A DNA stretch of 64,000 nucleotides from Promethearchaeia archaeon (lineage in GTDB: Archaea; Asgardarchaeota; Lokiarchaeia; Sigyniarchaeales; SOKP01), in NCBI GenBank assembly GCA_029856155.1, contig JAHQWL010000096.1, forward strand, positions 1 to 64,000, written 5' to 3'. The notes beneath the pieces were generated by a model. That model was not told where the DNA came from and made no database searches. It saw only the letters and a list, made by a program, of their open reading frames with translations. Of this stretch, positions 59,760-64,000 are shown piece by piece. The position numbers and the translations under genes are program-made. Each line of letters starts with the position of its first letter. The first letter of the stretch is position 1.

Positions 59760-60860
59760 ATGACTGAGGATTTCAAAATAGACCCTTGGGGGGCATCTAC
59801 TCTTGAGGAAGAAGATTATGCTAGATTAATTAAAGAATTTGGGATTGAGGAAATATCTGAATCCCTTAGACAGAAAATGATTAATAACCGTTTTATTCGT
59901 AGAAAAATTATTTTTGGACATCGTGATTTAGGTCTTATTTATAAAGCTATAGATAAAAATCAGCCCTGGGCAGTAATGAGTGGCATTAAACCTTCTGGAC
60001 CGTTTCACTTAGGTACATCGACAACAGCATTAGAGATCGTGGAATTTCAGAAAATGGGAGGAATGGCTTATTATGGAATAGCAGATATTGAAAGTTGGGA
60101 AGATAATGGAATACCTTGGGAAGAAGCAGAAGAGACAGCTGTAGATAATATTGCTGACATATTAGCTCTTGGTTTGGATCCATCTCCAGAAAAAGCATAT
60201 ATTTGGAGACAATCAAAAGAGCCAAAAGTAAAGGATATTTGTTTCAAAGTTAGTAGGCTTGTCACCCAGAATATGCTAAACGCGATTTATGGTGAGCGTA
60301 CATTTGGACTTTATATGGCTTCATTAATACAAGTAGGAGATATCATACTCCCACAAGTTATAGAAGGCCCTCAACCAACAATAGTGCCTGTAGGGATAGA
60401 TCAGGATCCTCATTTACGTCTTACTAGAGATCTAACACGCAGAAACTATAAGAAGTTCTTTTTACCAGGAGCAACCTATCATTATTTATTAGCGGGAATT
60501 GATGGCTCAGAAAAGATGGCTAAGAGAAATCCCAATAGTTATTTTACATTCAATGAATCTCTTGAATCAATTGAAAAAAAAGTTAAAGGGTCTCTTACTG
60601 GTGGTAGAAGAAATTTGAAAGAGCAGAGGAAATTAGGTGGTGAACCTCAAAAATGCATGGTTTATAAAATGTTAATGTATCATTTTGAAGAAGACGATGA
60701 AAAATTAGCTAAAGACTTTGAAATGTGTGTTAAGGGCGAGTTAATGTGTGGAGATCATAAACAAGAATGTGTTGAGAAAGTTTTAAATTTCATAAGAAAC
60801 CATAGAAAGAAAAAAGAAAAACTAATAGATACGGCTCGAAGCCTTCTAAAAATTGATTAA
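59760..60860 (+). CDS. trpS: Tryptophanyl-tRNA synthetase (archaeal type)
   Basis: RRKIIFGHRD, SGIKPSG.FHLG, VPVGIDQDPH.RLTRD, KMAKR, TGGR, CGDHK. Confidence 0.93.
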   Translation: MTEDFKIDPWGASTLEEEDYARLIKEFGIEEISESLRQKMINNRFIRRKIIFGHRDLGLIYKAIDKNQPWAVMSGIKPSGPFHLGTSTTALEIVEFQKMGGMAYYGIADIESWEDNGIPWEEAEETAVDNIADILALGLDPSPEKAYIWRQSKEPKVKDICFKVSRLVTQNMLNAIYGERTFGLYMASLIQVGDIILPQVIEGPQPTIVPVGIDQDPHLRLTRDLTRRNYKKFFLPGATYHYLLAGIDGSEKMAKRNPNSYFTFNESLESIEKKVKGSLTGGRRNLKEQRKLGGEPQKCMVYKMLMYHFEEDDEKLAKDFEMCVKGELMCGDHKQECVEKVLNFIRNHRKKKEKLIDTARSLLKID

Positions 60861-60886
60861 AGTTATTTTCCTTGTTTTCATTGGCT

Positions 60887-61813
60887 TTAGATTAATTGTG
60901 CTAAAATCTTAATTACATCCTCAAGAAAATCAGGGAATCGCTCAAAAAAATTTTCTTTTTCTTGTTCTTTAAGTACTGCAGACACAAAAAACATGTCATT
61001 ATTTATTTTCTTTCTTAATAAATATGAAAAGAGCGGACCTTCAGTCGATGTAAAATCAAAATTTCCTTCATATTTTTCCTCATCCATCCGTTTAAGTAAG
61101 AAGAGATGTTCTTTGATAGATTCTAGCAACTCAACATATACTTCAGGGTTGATATCGCTATAATATTCAGAAATGATAATACCACTTCGATCAAATATAA
61201 TTAAAGCTTGACATTTAAAAATATCTAAATAGTATTCTAATAATTCTGAAAGTTGAAAAAACTTTTTATCAAATACAGAAAGCCCATATGAAACTAACTG
61301 GACGATAGAAATTATATCATAAATAGATGATTGCTGAAATAATATATTGAAATAAGGATATTCATTTAATATTTTTTCTCTTAATTTTTCAATATTTCCA
61401 AGGATTTTTTCATCAGCTTTTAACTCAGGATCGTATTTATGAAATGTTATTATTATCGGAACATTCATTTCACTCTTTTCAAAGAAGCTTAAAATTGAAT
61501 TTAAGTATTCAAGGGATTGATCAAATCTATCCGGATCCTGAATATCTATTACATAGATTAGTAAATCAGTAGAATCAAAGTAAACATCTTGATAATTGAT
61601 ATAAATCTCTCGATATGTTTCTTGACCTCCCATATCCCAGAATACCGTATTACTTCTTAAGAAATTCATCTTATGATACTCTATTCTAATGGTGGGTTTA
61701 AGTTGTACGATATCCTTCTCAAAATCATACTTTTTATCAAGTGCAGTTAAGATTGAGGTTTTACCGGCATTATCAAGCCCACTTACTACAATTTTTAAAA
61801 ATAAACCTTCCAA
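60887..61813 (-). CDS. Rag/Gtr-like small GTPase with C-terminal longin/roadblock-like domain
   Basis: GLDNAGKTS, PT, WDMGGQ, HKYD (Rag-type G4), SSIYD; C-terminal alpha/beta domain (IIFDRSGIIISEY). Confidence 0.88.
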   Translation of the reverse strand: MEGLFLKIVVSGLDNAGKTSILTALDKKYDFEKDIVQLKPTIRIEYHKMNFLRSNTVFWDMGGQETYREIYINYQDVYFDSTDLLIYVIDIQDPDRFDQSLEYLNSILSFFEKSEMNVPIIITFHKYDPELKADEKILGNIEKLREKILNEYPYFNILFQQSSIYDIISIVQLVSYGLSVFDKKFFQLSELLEYYLDIFKCQALIIFDRSGIIISEYYSDINPEVYVELLESIKEHLFLLKRMDEEKYEGNFDFTSTEGPLFSYLLRKKINNDMFFVSAVLKEQEKENFFERFPDFLEDVIKILAQLI

Positions 61814-62130
61814 ATATTTTCAGCTCATATTCGTTAAAGCAATTTATCGAAGTTAATAAAATAATAGAGTCATTTAAATTTAAATTTCTGCGAATGAGAA
61901 AAAGAGTGTTTCAATTTTAATCTTTGAATTATTAACTATATTGTTTGCTATAATATCGAGATCGTATCTAAATATTATTCCTATGCTTATAATTTCAATT
62001 TCTTGGGAGCATTTCTTAAAAGAATAGTGATTTCAGAGAAGTTTAGATGACATATAAATGATATTTATATTTTTTAAAGTAAATAATCTGATTTTACTCA
62101 ATGAATTAAGTCATAAAAGAGATGATGTGA

Positions 62131-62361
62131 TTGATAGAAGAACACAATAAATTTTTGGAAAATTTAGAATATCAGATCAGTTTAAAAGAAAATACTTATA
62201 AAACAATGAAAAAAATCCCTGTTTTTACTGAAAAAGTAAAGGAATTAGATAACTCGGTTATGGATCTTACAGAAAAATTCCAGAAAATTCGAATACGTGA
62301 CAAATACCAATTAATAATATCAGAATTGGATAATTTAATAAAAAACTCAAAACCTAAATAA
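62131..62361 (+). CDS. Small coiled-coil hypothetical protein
   Basis: 76-aa ORF in an intergenic gap, preceded by GATGTGA. Confidence 0.6.
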   Translation: MIEEHNKFLENLEYQISLKENTYKTMKKIPVFTEKVKELDNSVMDLTEKFQKIRIRDKYQLIISELDNLIKNSKPK

Positions 62362-62400
62362 ATATAATTTTATTTATTTTTTTAAATTCTATAAAAATAC

Positions 62401-62823
62401 TTAGTCGCCCACAATCATACAATATATTTTTCTTGATCTCGCTTTTTCATCGCATTCGATGAATATTATCTGTTGCCACGCTCCTAATATTAATTTTTGA
62501 TTTTTAAATGGAAATACCTGAGAAGTTTTTATTAGGAAACTTCTTAAATGTCCTGCTCCATTATAATCATGCCATGTTTCGTGATGGTTATAGTGTTCAT
62601 CATATGGAATTAGCTTTTCTAAGAGATTTTTGATATCATTTTTTACCAGACCTGGTTCATACTCTACAGTAGAAATAGCTCCTGTGGATCCTGCTACATG
62701 AACATTTACAATTCCGTTATTGATATTACTATTGTTAATACAATGTTGAACTTGCTCCGTAATATTAATTACGTCATAATATGCTTTTGTCTTTAAATCA
62801 AACGTTTTTAAAATTGCAGTCAT
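62401..62823 (-). CDS. yjbQ: YjbQ/UPF0047 family protein
   Basis: GSTGAI..VEYEPGL..D, Y.HH...D.NG.GHLRS, LG.WQQI...E.D. Confidence 0.9.
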   Translation of the reverse strand: MTAILKTFDLKTKAYYDVINITEQVQHCINNSNINNGIVNVHVAGSTGAISTVEYEPGLVKNDIKNLLEKLIPYDEHYNHHETWHDYNGAGHLRSFLIKTSQVFPFKNQKLILGAWQQIIFIECDEKARSRKIYCMIVGD

Positions 62824-62826
62824 TTT

Positions 62827-63870
62827 TCATTTCTTTAATCTTTCACATCTATTCAAATTTTTAATTTGCTTTAACACTGATTTAGGTAAATTTTTTTCAT
62901 TTCCTTCTTTTAAAGCAAGTATTTTAGTTATGATGAGAAGTTCACTTTGTTCAAACCCATCAATATTTGTCCAACCCTCTGATCCTCCCGCTTCAATACA
63001 AATAAAAAAAGGAGCCTTTTTGAATTTTAAACATTTATTATCCCGGCATTTTTCACATATTTTAGGATAATAATATACATTACCATTTTTAAGAAAAATT
63101 GAAAAGTTGCCCAATTCCTTATTTTTAACTCGAATCCAATTATCAGACTCAAATTGAACTTTCAAATTTAAGCTTAAAATATATTTTATCAATTGTTCTG
63201 TATTTATCGCTCGAATAACATTTGTATTACGTGTTTCAGGTTCATAATAGTCATTACATTCATCAGTGATGTCAGAATGATTGAAAAGGAGATTTAAAGG
63301 AATAAAGTCTATGATATAAACATTTTCCATTTCTTTATATTTATTTCTCTTTAAAAATATTGAACAAATTTGATCCAGAATGTCTAATGGCTCAGATATT
63401 TCATTAATATACACATTATTTGATTTTATAATTGAATCAAAATCTCTATTTTTTAAATGGCTGTTAATAATATCTTCTCTAGTAAAGTGTTCAAGGATTA
63501 TGCAAAAAATTATAGTAATTGATGGTATTCGTGTTTGGATTTCATTAAAATAGTACAAAATTTGATCCACTTTTCTCTCAGAAATGAAAATTATTATAGC
63601 TTCTGCCCCATTATAAAAAATAGTTCGCAAATAAGCCCTCTGTTGTCTACAATCAATATTCCATAAAAGAAATTCAAATTTTTCATATTGTTTAAATGAA
63701 AAATCAATTTTGCTAATATTTACGCCAATATTTTGTTTATTTTCTATAGGTAAGGAATTTGAACTCAATTTTTTTTGAAACTCATCCTTATAATTTTCAG
63801 TCCCTCCTAAGATACAAATCTTCTTTTTTATTAGGGGATTTCTTAAGAGTGGAGTTTCTAAAGAGTTCAT
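62827..63870 (-). CDS. Degenerate Rab/Ras-like (pseudo)GTPase with C-terminal Cys-rich domain
   Basis: KKICILGG, NIGVNI, FLLWNI, FYNGAEA.IIF scaffold with degenerate G1/G3/G4; CEKC....C......FIC. Confidence 0.72.
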   Translation of the reverse strand: MNSLETPLLRNPLIKKKICILGGTENYKDEFQKKLSSNSLPIENKQNIGVNISKIDFSFKQYEKFEFLLWNIDCRQQRAYLRTIFYNGAEAIIIFISERKVDQILYYFNEIQTRIPSITIIFCIILEHFTREDIINSHLKNRDFDSIIKSNNVYINEISEPLDILDQICSIFLKRNKYKEMENVYIIDFIPLNLLFNHSDITDECNDYYEPETRNTNVIRAINTEQLIKYILSLNLKVQFESDNWIRVKNKELGNFSIFLKNGNVYYYPKICEKCRDNKCLKFKKAPFFICIEAGGSEGWTNIDGFEQSELLIITKILALKEGNEKNLPKSVLKQIKNLNRCERLKK

Positions 63871-64000
63871 TTTACTATCGACTAAATAATAATGAATTTA
63901 GGCTAAATCTATTAAATAATAAATTTATTTATGAATTTTAATTTATCTATCTAGTTTTCAACTATTCAAACTTTTTGAATCAATTATGAGTAAGAGATTA

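Noticed and set aside
716-63941. Antisense or overlapping short ORFs in the track (e.g. 716, 1113, 1261, 3610, 5572, 9267-10055, 16604, 22411, 33430, 35113, 54335, 58519, 63759)
   Set aside because: They are shadow ORFs overlapping well-supported genes or lack coding features
1-64000. CRISPR array, rRNA, IS/transposase, integrase or provirus next to the tRNA
   Set aside because: No repeat-spacer array, no recombinase or transposase motifs, and no duplicate of the tRNA 3' end were seen

Overview
AT-rich (roughly 30% GC by eye) archaeal chromosomal window, most consistent with an Asgard archaeon (Lokiarchaeia/Promethearchaeia). Support: thermosome, CDC48, archaeal TrpRS, a BHB-intron tRNA, GGTGA-type Shine-Dalgarno sites, and four small GTPases including a Rag-like one. 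In order it contains: (1) the 3' part of tRNA-Pro(TGG) with a non-canonical 25/26 intron; (2) an FwdF-like polyferredoxin and a response regulator that appear to need ATT/ATA starts; (3) a heat-shock operon (hsp20-cdc48-ArsR/Phr-like regulator-HEXXH protein); (4) an orphan N6-adenine methyltransferase and assorted metabolic and transport genes; (5) a stand-alone metV-metF pair; (6) a plastic accessory region (about 26.5-41 kb) full of gene remnants, centred on a divergent pair of small unknown genes (89 and 113 aa) that share a TGAYYG/GATC-rich control region and recur as decayed copies; (7) an 11-kb hdrC-hdrB-hdrA'-hdrA''-mvhD-hdrA::mvhD-metV-metF-lrp operon divergent from an FrhB-family gene, a candidate F420-linked electron-bifurcating methylene-THF reductase; (8) pckG, thermosome, trpS and GTPases. 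No CRISPR array, rRNA, transposase or integrase was seen. All calls come from motif reading only; no searches were run.
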